DNA of 64,000 nucleotides, taken from contig BCKQ01000003.1 of the NCBI GenBank assembly GCA_001600695.1, forward strand, positions 1,766,392 to 1,830,391, given 5' to 3'. Position numbers and translations under genes: made by a program. This DNA is from Ascoidea asiatica JCM 7603 (taxonomy: Eukaryota; Fungi; Ascomycota). This document shows positions 45,401 to 54,797 of this stretch, one piece after another. The notes beneath the pieces were generated by a model, which was given only the letters and a program-made list of their open reading frames with translations, was not told where the DNA came from and searched no databases. Within the stretch, counting starts at the first letter, position 1. The number at the start of each line of letters is the position of its first letter.

Positions 45401-46401
45401 AAAATTTTATTATTGCAACCCAAGGTAAAGCAATGTTACAAATTCATGGAGAAGCAGATCCTACTGGTGTCTCCGAAGGGATTTCATTTTTAAAAACCTC
45501 GATGAAAGGAGGATTTAAAACTTTGGATGAAATGGTTTCCAGCCCTATGCAAGGAACCCCGGGATCAAATGGAAAATCAAATAATAATTCAAAAAATAAA
45601 GTTGGACATAGCTATAATGTTGCCTCTCAACAGAAATCGTATGATGATGAAATTAAAAGGGTGTGGGATACTCAAAGAAACACTTTAAGTAATGATAATG
45701 AAAAGGAGATAATTAACAATCAACTTAGTCAAGTTAGGCTGCTTGATAAAGAAAACTATTGGAAGACTGATCCAAAAAATAATAAAGTTTTAAAAATTAC
45801 TAGAATGGTTAGAGACCGTAATGGCGTGCTTCAGCGTAAAATAGAAATTATAAAAGATGCAAGAATAATCAACGCTTATTTATTGAGAAAAGAGGAACAA
45901 TTTCAAGAAAAGTTGCTATTACTTTCATCGAAGGGAGGTCATGGCTCTTTTGACTTTTCAGATTGCGACTTGACTAAAGCAAAGGCTCCCACTGATGCAA
46001 AGGAAATGAAAATATTAATGCAGCAGATAGACAACCTCGAGGCCGAACAAAAACAAAAGGGTCCTGCTGTCGCTAGAGGAAGAAAGAAAAAAGAAAAGCC
46101 TGTAAATGTAATAAAGACTAATCATTCGGTTGCTAGTACGCCTAATGCCTCTTTTATGAACACTCCAGCCGAAGAAAGTTTTGTTAGTTCGGCTGAAATA
46201 ACGCAAGATGGCAGCACCTTTTCTAGAGATGGAATTGATAAGTCTATGAAGAGTGGGAAAGGAATAGGGAAGGGGAGAAATACCAAAAGGAAATGTGCTA
46301 CATGTGGTGAAACTGGTCATATTAAAACTAATAAAAAGATGTGTCCATTATATTATTCTTCTGGGCCTGGGTCAAACTCACAAGCACCTCCTGAAACCTA
46401 A
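42493..46401 (+). CDS. TAF1: TFIID subunit Taf1 (TAND, DUF3591 core, C-terminal zinc knuckle; no bromodomains, as usual in fungi)
   Basis: TAND 'HAVDAIDFEDEDELADDE', 'LLEYSEEMP', 'DRSPFWNFG', 'DMQNRQRLKEF', 'PWNLTKNF', 'CATCGETGHIKTNKKMCP'. Confidence 0.95.
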   Translation: MNGQFSKNNKSQDNDDNEDVLNSLLNQVNDFDPAASVNLASFDPTTLVDIGSTKHAVDAIDFEDEDELADDELVNEEDNDIDMSGIKKDDDDDADNDFFKSLQTEAFGDNVGDFNNSNKNRVNEFNSNFNKSVNDPDIRNSTNGALDIRDSSKIPFDQLSTRPETATSEFNSLFNDITNSKDNMVDFSKIDLGGSMNADNIQNNLLINGDFNEFDNLEFDFETTNKDSLGHLALPILSSEVDDLPESSSTYINPFSIKSDNLEDELRKEELEELEKQKKLKKQQREKEMNDFYLKFYHPTFNKTSKRLDISSLFGPRPSYLNRHNNNNPKIVKPLIPNKVNIEVAIDQVKIFGVNQSSKLKVTQTPQIDDDLYLGQTIINIENMSLPNNSNDNKDAEINDPDDSFKQKKKFDNIIENDLILATTDWDYDSIIGKSDSETELETHSSITKEGFEKIESFPYDDKISTDESDDLLLPLDDSTSTESDDDIKESSYSASSFEYLQPAKKKFKLQLDLNDPELLFNGTQITGYSNISKRLNMSKAKQIAQIPTNEKQLLLRFNFSNDSQYSILNENYHSKVRNLIGNLQIDHGMPALKLQSPHYPVKLTKQQMRYFHRDRFIIRSNTIMKFSKVKLRKRKTFKNKSINEIFSTTVDLSLADSLNYVLLEYSEEMPLVLNKFGMSSKIINYYRKAFNDDSKRPKLPVGETQVLGIQDRSPFWNFGLVESGQIVPTLYNKLIRAPIFKHDAKSTDFLLIRQKYSSNSKYFLRSIPFLFVVGQELPVVEIPSPHSRKVTAVSKNRLKMIVFRALNKSDGQRLKVGDIAVHFPDQNDMQNRQRLKEFMEYQRSGEDQGYWKIKNTEVVLPNFNEIRSMIKPEDITLLESMQVGQQYIEDSLLYNSSRINLNNFSKLIKFVNDNNGNSFLRNPEQKFTITQINDLQLALKFSKGESDTDNNTKNLLLEEEEKSPWNLTKNFIIATQGKAMLQIHGEADPTGVSEGISFLKTSMKGGFKTLDEMVSSPMQGTPGSNGKSNNNSKNKVGHSYNVASQQKSYDDEIKRVWDTQRNTLSNDNEKEIINNQLSQVRLLDKENYWKTDPKNNKVLKITRMVRDRNGVLQRKIEIIKDARIINAYLLRKEEQFQEKLLLLSSKGGHGSFDFSDCDLTKAKAPTDAKEMKILMQQIDNLEAEQKQKGPAVARGRKKKEKPVNVIKTNHSVASTPNASFMNTPAEESFVSSAEITQDGSTFSRDGIDKSMKSGKGIGKGRNTKRKCATCGETGHIKTNKKMCPLYYSSGPGSNSQAPPET

Positions 46402-46887
46402 ACGAGTATTTCTTTAATCTAAGGATCTGTGCCTTGCTGTTAAGCGCATAATTCATATTTTTACTGTTTTACTATTTTGCAAAAAAAATGGGTATTTACG
46501 TTGTTCGACATGTAAATGTTTTCATAATATGCTTTAGTTTCTAGAGTATAGCACGTGTTTGTTCAGACCACAAAATGCTTGTAAAGGAGAAGGCATAGAT
46601 CCTCAAATTAATAGTAATATGTGGATGCCGGATGTATTGAGGGAGCTATGTAAATATTTCTTTTTCTTCGAACACAAATAAATTTTCTATCTCCAAAAAA
46701 AAAAATTTACCAATATTTTTTGCTTACTGTTGTTTTTTTTAATATCAACGAATTCTTTGTTGCTCTCATACAATAACGGTAATAATCAATCTATGTAATA
46801 TTAATGTATCATATAATATCAATAAATAGAAACTAGTAAACAATTATTTTTAAATAATGGGAAGAGTATTGTAGTTACATTCCAGTA

Positions 46888-49800
46888 ATGAATGAGGAGC
46901 AAAACAATAATACCCAACGTATATTTAATGATACGCAACTAATCGATTTGCCTCAAAGCAAAACTTCCTCAAAATTTCGACAAGCTAACAATGAACATCA
47001 ATCAACTTTCAAAACCCCATTTATGAATAAGAATTATGCTCCTATTTCAAAGAACATTCTTTCAAAATCAAATTTTCAAAATATAAGTCAGGAATCCCAG
47101 ATACAGACTCCCAATATAAATAAAACCTTTCTCCTTCAACTCAATGGTGAGAGTCTGCCTCATAAAGACAGTCAAACTCCATGTTTAAATAAACTTAAAA
47201 ATCCCTTCGACGCTTCAGAGAGTGAATCTGATGTTAAAAAAGCAATTGATCAACCTCAATTGCATACTGAAAGTCAGACTCCATGGCTAAGTAAGCTCGC
47301 AAATCCATTTGATACCTCAGTTCTAGAATCGGATAAGAAAATGGAAAATAAGGGGACTCAAAATGCATCCCAAACTCCTTGGTTAAGCAAATTGAAAGAT
47401 CCATTCCAAGGAGGAGAGCAAGATTCACCCAGTGTCATGACTAAAAAAAATGTTGTTGTAGATTCTAGTTCTACTAGAAAGAATTCGAAAGAATTAGGGG
47501 ATATATTGTCTTATTTAAAGAAAAAACAAAACGAAATCAATATTTTAGATGGTACCCAAAAGGATTCTGATAATGTCACTCGATACAACACTTTATCTTT
47601 CAGTAAGAACTCTGCATTCAAAAATGATTCAAGCCTTAAGTTTGATACCCAGAATTTGAATCAGAAACTGGATTCTACTTCGAGTGCTTTTACAGCAAGA
47701 AATGTTTCCAATAGCCAGACAAAGGATCAGGACTTAATCCGGCTATTTAGTTTACCATTGAAAGAGAAATATTTTTCGGGCCACAAAAAGTTTCGAAATT
47801 CAGGCAGTCAAGAGAAGGCTGATTCGCCAGATGATTATGAAAATTTTGCCACAAATTTATTTGATCCAGTGGAAGATAGTCTTCCTAAATATAAACTGCA
47901 ATTTCTGAGAAAACATGACACCCAAGAAATCCAATCTTTTTCTCAGTGGAATATACCAAATAATATTGATGAGACCCAGAAAATCGAATTACCCATCGTT
48001 TCATTAAATAACGAGAATATAGCAGAAAGTACTCCTAGAAAGCAAGAAAAAAGTTTGCATTCATCACCAATAACTTTAGATGTTTCAGCAATTAATCATG
48101 TTGAGTTACATGCTAGTACAAATGCTATTAATAGTAAATTTGCATTTCCTATTTTAAGTCAGGCTGTTGGTGATACTCAACTTATAGAAAACAGTATCAT
48201 CTCAATGGAACCGATACAGCCAGACATTAAAGGAACAAGATTGCAGGTGATAGATACTCAGGTGATTGATACCCAGGTAGTTGATACACAAGTGATGGAT
48301 TCTCAATTGCAATCAAGATCTCCAAGTCCAGATTTAGACCAACAAGCACCCTTTTTTAAAAAAGTTTCAAGAGATAAAAGCAATGAATATATAAACTCCG
48401 AAGGAAATACCCAAAATTTCATTCCTGATAGTACTCAAATATTTAATTTGGGGCTTTTGGATAATATCAGGGAAGTGGGAGACGCTGAACAGCAATTACC
48501 TTTAGATAAAGATATTTTTAATACCTCATTTATACTAAAACCAAAATCAGATTTCAGAAAGGGATTGAATTCTGCAAATGTTTCAAGCAGTGATTCAGAT
48601 ATACAGGAGTTGAATAACTTACCTGTTTCTACTTTCAAGAAACGTAAAAGACAAATTATATACTCCTCAAATTCAACATCAAATACCGACAGTTCAACGA
48701 AGCAAGCCCTTAAAAAGCAAAAATCATTTGAATCAAAAAAAGATATACTCAACAATTCTTTTTCAGGAATTTCCTATCTAGAGCAGTATCCCAAGTTTAC
48801 TCTTCGAAAAGAACTAAAATTAAATTTAGAAGCAGAAGATATGAAATTCACTCAAGGGGTTTGGTGTTTATATGATTATAGATATTATCCTGCCATAATT
48901 TTAGAAAAGTTGGAGAATCTTACATTCAATCTTTTATTTTTCGATACCTCAGCAATTGTTAAAAAGACAGATATTTATTCAGTTTTAGATATCAAAATTG
49001 GAGATGTTGTGAAAATTTTCAATAGTAAGTATAGTTTTCTGGTTTCAGGATTAAAATGCAATATTAAAGCAAATTCCATGAAAGAAGATAAAGTTATCAG
49101 GTGTATACGAGGCTTTGATACAGTATTTTTAAGAAAATTAAAACGAAATAAAATTGATGATACATGCTTGGAAATTGAGCGTTCATTAGCTGATATATAT
49201 TTAACACCTCAACTTTGGAGTAAACGAAAAGTTAGTTTTACTATGAAAGAAGAAACTGAAAGAGAAACTTTGAAATTGATTGAAAATTCAAAGTCTGCAA
49301 AATCTGAACGCACATCTTCTAATAATTATATGCCAAATTTTATGTCAGCTATTTCTTTTATTGGAACTAACCCTATGAGTAGAGATTTTTTGAGTCCTAT
49401 AAAAAAAGGAGAAAATCTAAATGGGAGCAAGATATTTAGTAGTTGTGTATTTTGTATTACAGGTTCTACAGAAGATAAAGAAAGGAAAATTTTAGAAGAA
49501 TCAATTATCAGTAATGGAGGAGCTATTTTGGATGATGGATTCCATATAGGAATAGATGTATTTAATGATTTAGATAAAAAGAAACTGGGATTAGTTTTAA
49601 ACGAGCAGCTTAAAGAATATAAATTCGGAGGTGTTATCTCAAAAAATTATTGTAGAAGTCCAAAATATCTTGAATGTCTTGCTCTTGGATGGCCTGCATT
49701 ATCGACTAATTTTATTAGAGATTGCATACAGCAAGGCCACTTTTTGAAAAATACTTGGGTGAAATATTTATTAGCAAGTGGTGAATCTAAAGTTAATAAC

Positions 49801-50418
49801 TGTACACAAAGTATTGATATTTTCAATTTTCAAAAACATTTTCTTGAAGAGGATGTTCTTGATTTATCTAATCAGATAAATAACAGATCCGATGTTTTGA
49901 AAGGTAAAACAATTATAATGTTAACAAGTAAACCGTCTATTGCCTATTTTTTACTACATTGTTTAGGTGCTCGAGAAATTAAATATATAAAGAATGAAAA
50001 GACAGGAATTCAGAAACTCATTTATAGGGAGATAATTAGTGTAATCAAAGATATAATGGCGCAAAAAGAATATCTAGACAAAAGGCCTGATATTTTGATA
50101 TACGATTATGAGAGTAGTCAGAAATTATATGATAATTTACAAGTATTTCACACGGAAGATAATGATAAGCTCAAAAATTATACTAAATCATCCAAGATTA
50201 AAACTAGAGCAAAATCAAAAAATAAAAGAGTAAGTATGTCTAGCATAAGATTGGGAGGGGTCTCCAATGGGGACTTAATCAAGACTGAAAATGAAAAAGA
50301 ACTAAATGGGGAAGCTATCAAAATAAGCTTGATTGATTGGGAATGGATAGTTCAGTGTATTATTAGTAGTTTTGCCTGGCCCTCGGAAAACATTTGGAAT
50401 TTTGATATTGCAGGATAA
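46888..50418 (+). CDS. RAD9: DNA-damage checkpoint mediator Rad9 (SQ/TQ cluster, tandem Tudor, tandem BRCT)
   Basis: Many DTQ/SQ motifs; Tudor 'VWCLYDYRYYPAII..LDIKIGDVV..CIRGFDTVFL'; BRCT 'IFSSCVFCITG', 'RSPKYLECLALGWP', 'DWEWIVQCII'. Confidence 0.9.
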   Translation: MNEEQNNNTQRIFNDTQLIDLPQSKTSSKFRQANNEHQSTFKTPFMNKNYAPISKNILSKSNFQNISQESQIQTPNINKTFLLQLNGESLPHKDSQTPCLNKLKNPFDASESESDVKKAIDQPQLHTESQTPWLSKLANPFDTSVLESDKKMENKGTQNASQTPWLSKLKDPFQGGEQDSPSVMTKKNVVVDSSSTRKNSKELGDILSYLKKKQNEINILDGTQKDSDNVTRYNTLSFSKNSAFKNDSSLKFDTQNLNQKLDSTSSAFTARNVSNSQTKDQDLIRLFSLPLKEKYFSGHKKFRNSGSQEKADSPDDYENFATNLFDPVEDSLPKYKLQFLRKHDTQEIQSFSQWNIPNNIDETQKIELPIVSLNNENIAESTPRKQEKSLHSSPITLDVSAINHVELHASTNAINSKFAFPILSQAVGDTQLIENSIISMEPIQPDIKGTRLQVIDTQVIDTQVVDTQVMDSQLQSRSPSPDLDQQAPFFKKVSRDKSNEYINSEGNTQNFIPDSTQIFNLGLLDNIREVGDAEQQLPLDKDIFNTSFILKPKSDFRKGLNSANVSSSDSDIQELNNLPVSTFKKRKRQIIYSSNSTSNTDSSTKQALKKQKSFESKKDILNNSFSGISYLEQYPKFTLRKELKLNLEAEDMKFTQGVWCLYDYRYYPAIILEKLENLTFNLLFFDTSAIVKKTDIYSVLDIKIGDVVKIFNSKYSFLVSGLKCNIKANSMKEDKVIRCIRGFDTVFLRKLKRNKIDDTCLEIERSLADIYLTPQLWSKRKVSFTMKEETERETLKLIENSKSAKSERTSSNNYMPNFMSAISFIGTNPMSRDFLSPIKKGENLNGSKIFSSCVFCITGSTEDKERKILEESIISNGGAILDDGFHIGIDVFNDLDKKKLGLVLNEQLKEYKFGGVISKNYCRSPKYLECLALGWPALSTNFIRDCIQQGHFLKNTWVKYLLASGESKVNNCTQSIDIFNFQKHFLEEDVLDLSNQINNRSDVLKGKTIIMLTSKPSIAYFLLHCLGAREIKYIKNEKTGIQKLIYREIISVIKDIMAQKEYLDKRPDILIYDYESSQKLYDNLQVFHTEDNDKLKNYTKSSKIKTRAKSKNKRVSMSSIRLGGVSNGDLIKTENEKELNGEAIKISLIDWEWIVQCIISSFAWPSENIWNFDIAG
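47167..47409 (+). repeat. Three ~33-codon coding repeats in RAD9 (SQTP[WC]L[SN]KL.[ND]PF)
   Basis: DSQTPCLNKLKNPFD / ESQTPWLSKLANPFD / ASQTPWLSKLKDPFQ. Confidence 0.85.
48247..48306 (+). repeat. Four 15-nt coding repeats in RAD9 (V[IVM]D[TS]Q)
   Basis: gtgatagatactcag gtgattgatacccag gtagttgatacacaa gtgatggattctcaa. Confidence 0.85.
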
Positions 50419-50898
50419 TAAATGAATAAAAAATGATTGTTTACAAATTTAATAAATATAATATAGTTTATTAATTTAGATTTCTATAGCTAGCTGTTTT
50501 CATCATGTAGTATGTATGCTATCAAAAGCTGGGAATTATAAAGGAATTATAGTATATCTTTTAACTGTCTACTAAAAACTGAAATCCCTTCTCCAGAATA
50601 TCACAGTTGTATTAACCGTCGATAGCTCAATGGCTCTTAAAAGTTTAGGCAAAACTTGCGGACACGTAAAAAATGCTTTTTGACTGACCGGAACTTTATT
50701 TGTATTTTCGCGTTTCTGTGTTGGACTGACTCAACCACTTTCATTTTGGAGCAAGAATCTGGTTCTATGACAAAAAGCATTTGTTCGCTGGACAAAAATT
50801 GGTGCTTAATTTGTGTTTATGTCAATTCTTCTTTTATGAACAAATATTCTAATATATGTGATTTCAATGTATTTTGATTTTCTGTGCAATACTTATCA

Positions 50899-52902
50899 AT
50901 GTTTAATACTCAAATTCAAAGCAATATAGACGAGTTTGAAGCTGTTGAGGAAACTTCAAAAAAATTAAAAAATATAAAGAAATATGGATATAATAGGAAA
51001 CTGATCAAAAAAAAAATATCGAAAAATGCAACTGACAATAATGATTCTTGCTATTCTGATGATGTGAGTAGTGATGAAGACTCACGACTAGCTATTAAAG
51101 TTAGAAAAATAGAGACATCAAATAAAAGAAAAAGAAAGGGAATTAAAGAAATCAACAATAAGATAAAATCAATAACTCAACATGTTCGAAATCAACGTTC
51201 TAAAAAATCTTCAGTAAATCTTCAAGAGAATTTTAAAAAGCAAAAACAAAAAGAAGAATATGATGCAAATATTTCAATAATCAAATTATTAACATCAAAC
51301 AAGAAAAATAAAAAAAAATTAATTTTAAATACCATAACAAACTTAGAAAATAGAATATATTCAAATAATTCTAGAAATTCCCAATCTCAATCTCAGGACC
51401 TTTTTCAATCTCAATCTCAGTCTTATTCACAATTATCTAAATCGTTATATTGTAATTCAGAAGAGTGGACTGATATTTTAAAAACAATAAAGCTAAATTT
51501 TCCAAATTTATCAACTAAAACCAAATTATCTCTTCAGAAAATAAATAAGCTCTATGAAGAAAATAATTCAACACAATTGTATAATAGCCAGCATGTGTTT
51601 ATGTGGTCACAAGCGGGAAGTCCTCCTGATTCAATATTAAGCAATAATGAACTAGCTTTCCTTTATGATCTTTCTTCTGAGGTGAATATAGAACCTTGTA
51701 AAAATGAAGCTAATTCGTATAAAAACGAAAAAATTAATGAAAATTTGGAGGATCACCGAAATGCTGATGATGATGAAAATACAAATGAATATGATGAAAG
51801 CTACCTTGAAGTGCCGAATTTATTAACAATGTCACAATTATTTAAAGGCACAAATCAAACCCTGGAAACTAACGAACAAGAACTTGTTCAAGAAATAATC
51901 CCTAATAACACACCAAAAAAGCAAAACGTAGAAGTTGTTCCATCCTCATCTCCTCGATTTTCTCCAATAAAAGTTCCAGCTGATTTAAAATGTTTCAATC
52001 TACAAAAATCTAATAGAAAGCTCGATTTTGCTAATATAGAGAAAATTACAAAGCTCCCTAGTATTAAAACTAATACTCCTGCGTTATCTCAACTTTGCGA
52101 AAATGAAAATTCTCTATTTCTTCCCAGTCAGATCAAAAAAAAGATAGGTATTGATGAACAAAATTCAAATATTCTAGACAATGTATCCAAAAATCCCTGC
52201 AAAAAATTAGAAAATTATGAAGAAAATGATGGAAATCATTGCTCATTTGCTTATATTCCAACTACTACAAGTGCTCAAATCACAAGCATGAGAATTAAAG
52301 GTCTTCAATCTCAACAAGAATCTTCTTATATCAAAAATATAAGTTGCATTGTTGAAGCCTTCAAAAAAAATCCTATCGAAGAGAGTGCTTCCAAAAAGGA
52401 TGCACACAAAGAAGTATTGGAAAAGGAAGAATCAAATGAACCTATTTTTTCTCCTTATTTTCCACCTGATAAAGATTCAACATCTCAAATTAAACAATCA
52501 AGTAAAATAAACGGAAAGGATATCGATTCAATTGAAGTATTTAGTGATTGTGATGACTCTGATGATGATATTTTTGAAACGGCAAAATTACCTTACACAA
52601 TTTCATTGGGATCCGCTAATACTAATATTTCTTTGAATTACCGTAAAGACGTTGTAACGTTTAAAGGACACCTTTCGAAATGTGATCTTTTCAAGTCTAA
52701 TAATTATGAAATCAACATAGTAAAAGTTGTGCCCTGCAATGACTATGATCCATATTGTATACCCGACTCATCTTCTGATAATGAAGAAGAAACTCTTATT
52801 GAGGTAAAAAGGCCTATTTTCAAACATCAGTTTATGGAATTGAAAAAAAAAGATAATATCACAGCTGATCCTATTTTACAGATAATTTCTAGTCAGGATT
52901 AG
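50899..52902 (+). CDS. SLX4: Slx4-like scaffold protein, apparently lacking the C-terminal SAP and Slx1-binding domains
   Basis: ATG at 50899; 'FNTQIQSNIDEFE', 'YCNSEEWTDILKTIKLNFP', 'MWSQAGSPP', 'LLTMSQL' match, in order, recalled yeast Slx4 blocks FINTQIQSRLD, YSEQEWKDIMKLLLQKFP, LWTASQLPP, FLSLSQV. Confidence 0.7.
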   Translation: MFNTQIQSNIDEFEAVEETSKKLKNIKKYGYNRKLIKKKISKNATDNNDSCYSDDVSSDEDSRLAIKVRKIETSNKRKRKGIKEINNKIKSITQHVRNQRSKKSSVNLQENFKKQKQKEEYDANISIIKLLTSNKKNKKKLILNTITNLENRIYSNNSRNSQSQSQDLFQSQSQSYSQLSKSLYCNSEEWTDILKTIKLNFPNLSTKTKLSLQKINKLYEENNSTQLYNSQHVFMWSQAGSPPDSILSNNELAFLYDLSSEVNIEPCKNEANSYKNEKINENLEDHRNADDDENTNEYDESYLEVPNLLTMSQLFKGTNQTLETNEQELVQEIIPNNTPKKQNVEVVPSSSPRFSPIKVPADLKCFNLQKSNRKLDFANIEKITKLPSIKTNTPALSQLCENENSLFLPSQIKKKIGIDEQNSNILDNVSKNPCKKLENYEENDGNHCSFAYIPTTTSAQITSMRIKGLQSQQESSYIKNISCIVEAFKKNPIEESASKKDAHKEVLEKEESNEPIFSPYFPPDKDSTSQIKQSSKINGKDIDSIEVFSDCDDSDDDIFETAKLPYTISLGSANTNISLNYRKDVVTFKGHLSKCDLFKSNNYEINIVKVVPCNDYDPYCIPDSSSDNEEETLIEVKRPIFKHQFMELKKKDNITADPILQIISSQD

Positions 52903-53729
52903 GCGAATTTTTCTTGCATTATTTTTGGTCCTTGTGAAAATGTGTTTCCCTTGTTTGCTTATTTAATCATACGGTGTTTATTTAGATTCTTTTTTTATTT
53001 TTCATGGATTAAAGAAAAGGAAAACTCATTAAAGCTAATCAGATAAAAATGAAAAGAATTTTTAGATATTAGTATACAGTTTTTCAAATTAAGGCAGATT
53101 TTGTGTGGTTTTTCTTATTCTTTTAACTATTGTGATTCCTGCTTCTCTTTTATATTGGTCTTTCTAGAAGAAACCTTATTTAAAAGTTTTTGCAGTACAA
53201 TAATTGTGCCTAATTGGCTAGATAACAAAAATCAGCAGCGCTTTATGGTTTACAAATAAATTTTTAGTTACAAAAAAAAGAGCCTTATTAGTTATTCTGT
53301 TAGTCATGCTAAAATTCTTAAACTTTGAAAGATATCATACTTACTAGTCAATTCTTACATAAGTGGACTCTTTGGACCGAAGATAAATAAATGATGGTAT
53401 GTTAGTACTATAAGTTATTAAAGATTTTTACTTTATTTGGGTCCTATAATTTACATTTAAAACTGGTGAGGAAATTATATATAATTTGTTTGTTAATCTT
53501 AATTTTATTTGAATCAAAACTCCTAGGGTTTTAAAATGATTAACATCCCGATTAGGAAACTGAGTATATAATATTGGTGGCGCTACTGTAGTGCAAAGAA
53601 AATTTGTATATATTTGTAAAATGAGGTTAAACCATTATTGGTGTTTATTCATAAGACATTAGCTGATAAAAAAAATGAAAAATAGGAAAGGAAAAAAATT
53701 TAATGAAATAAAAAGGATAAAAACAGTAA

Positions 53730-54797
53730 TTATAAATTATAAGCATCGATTGAATTTTTATAAAAAATATCTCTTTTTTGAGAATCGGATAAATCAAAAT
53801 GATCTAAAATTTTTTCAGAAATATCAAACCATCTATTAAAACCAGTTTTTGAATCATCCCTAAATTTACAAACGGGCCAATCACTACCCCAAATAATATA
53901 ATTTGGTCCAAATAATCTAATAAATACTTCAAAATAAGGTAAAATATATTGCATAATTTGATCATTAGTTGAATTTTGAATAACATCATCAGATAATTCA
54001 GAAAAGCCGCCACTTAATTTAATATAAATTTGATTATTATTTTTTTTTGAATTTTGATAAATCTGAGTAATAAAGTTTTTCCAAGATAAGTATTTTGAAT
54101 TTGAATAAATTTCACTTATATTTATAGTTAAATCAGGTTTAGTTAAATGATTTAAAATATACTTAAGATTTTTAGTTTTTAACATTAATTGATTAAATTC
54201 ATCAAATTGCCAAAGACCACCATTATGTAAATCAATACCAACATCAAAAATTAAATTTTTCTCAGATAACCATTTTAAAGATTCAATAAAATTATTTTGT
54301 AACATTACATTTTGCTTTTTATCTTGTAAAAGATATCTAAAACCTTTAATTGAATTTTTTGATTTTAATTGATCAGATTCATTATCACCACTTTTTTCAA
54401 TTAAAATATTATAAAATTGAATTAATTTTTCTTTCCCTTGTGGTAATGGAGCCCATGGAATTATACCAAGTACAAAAGGATTATTAGAATTTTTAATATA
54501 ATTATTAAAAATATAAAGGAATTCTTTAATAGGTAATTTCCAACCAGTTTTTTCATTATCATTAATTAAATTACTCGAAGAACTTTTAACATCAACTTCA
54601 ATAAAAATTAAACCTTTTTTATTTACTTTTTCATTTGTATTTTCAATTAAATATTCTTTAATTAATTGATCTTTACCATAAACAGGATTATCATTTGTCA
54701 TCCAAGCTAAATCAACACTATTTTCAAAAGAAAATAAATGTATATGAGAATCAATTACATCAAATGGTTTATTACTTGTTGTTGTTGAATCTGACAT
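53730..54797 (-). CDS. LRA2: L-rhamnono-gamma-lactonase (amidohydrolase family)
   Basis: 'IDSHIHL', 'IFIEVD', 'IKGFRYLLQDK', 'ILNHLTKP', 'IKLSG', 'IWGSDWPVC'; adjacent to LRA3. Confidence 0.85.
   Translation of the reverse strand: MSDSTTTSNKPFDVIDSHIHLFSFENSVDLAWMTNDNPVYGKDQLIKEYLIENTNEKVNKKGLIFIEVDVKSSSSNLINDNEKTGWKLPIKEFLYIFNNYIKNSNNPFVLGIIPWAPLPQGKEKLIQFYNILIEKSGDNESDQLKSKNSIKGFRYLLQDKKQNVMLQNNFIESLKWLSEKNLIFDVGIDLHNGGLWQFDEFNQLMLKTKNLKYILNHLTKPDLTINISEIYSNSKYLSWKNFITQIYQNSKKNNNQIYIKLSGGFSELSDDVIQNSTNDQIMQYILPYFEVFIRLFGPNYIIWGSDWPVCKFRDDSKTGFNRWFDISEKILDHFDLSDSQKRDIFYKNSIDAYNL

Noticed and set aside
46261-46350. TAF1 lacking bromodomains
   Set aside because: Normal for fungi, where Bdf1/2 supply them.
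50618-50700. tRNA A-box-like TAGCTCAATGG
   Set aside because: No B box (GTTCRA) or cloverleaf downstream.
53055-53260. Stop-free stretch of about 67 codons downstream of SLX4 as a missing C-terminal exon
   Set aside because: Translation (EFLDISIQFFKLRQILCG..) shows no SAP/CCD motifs, and splice signals are not convincing.
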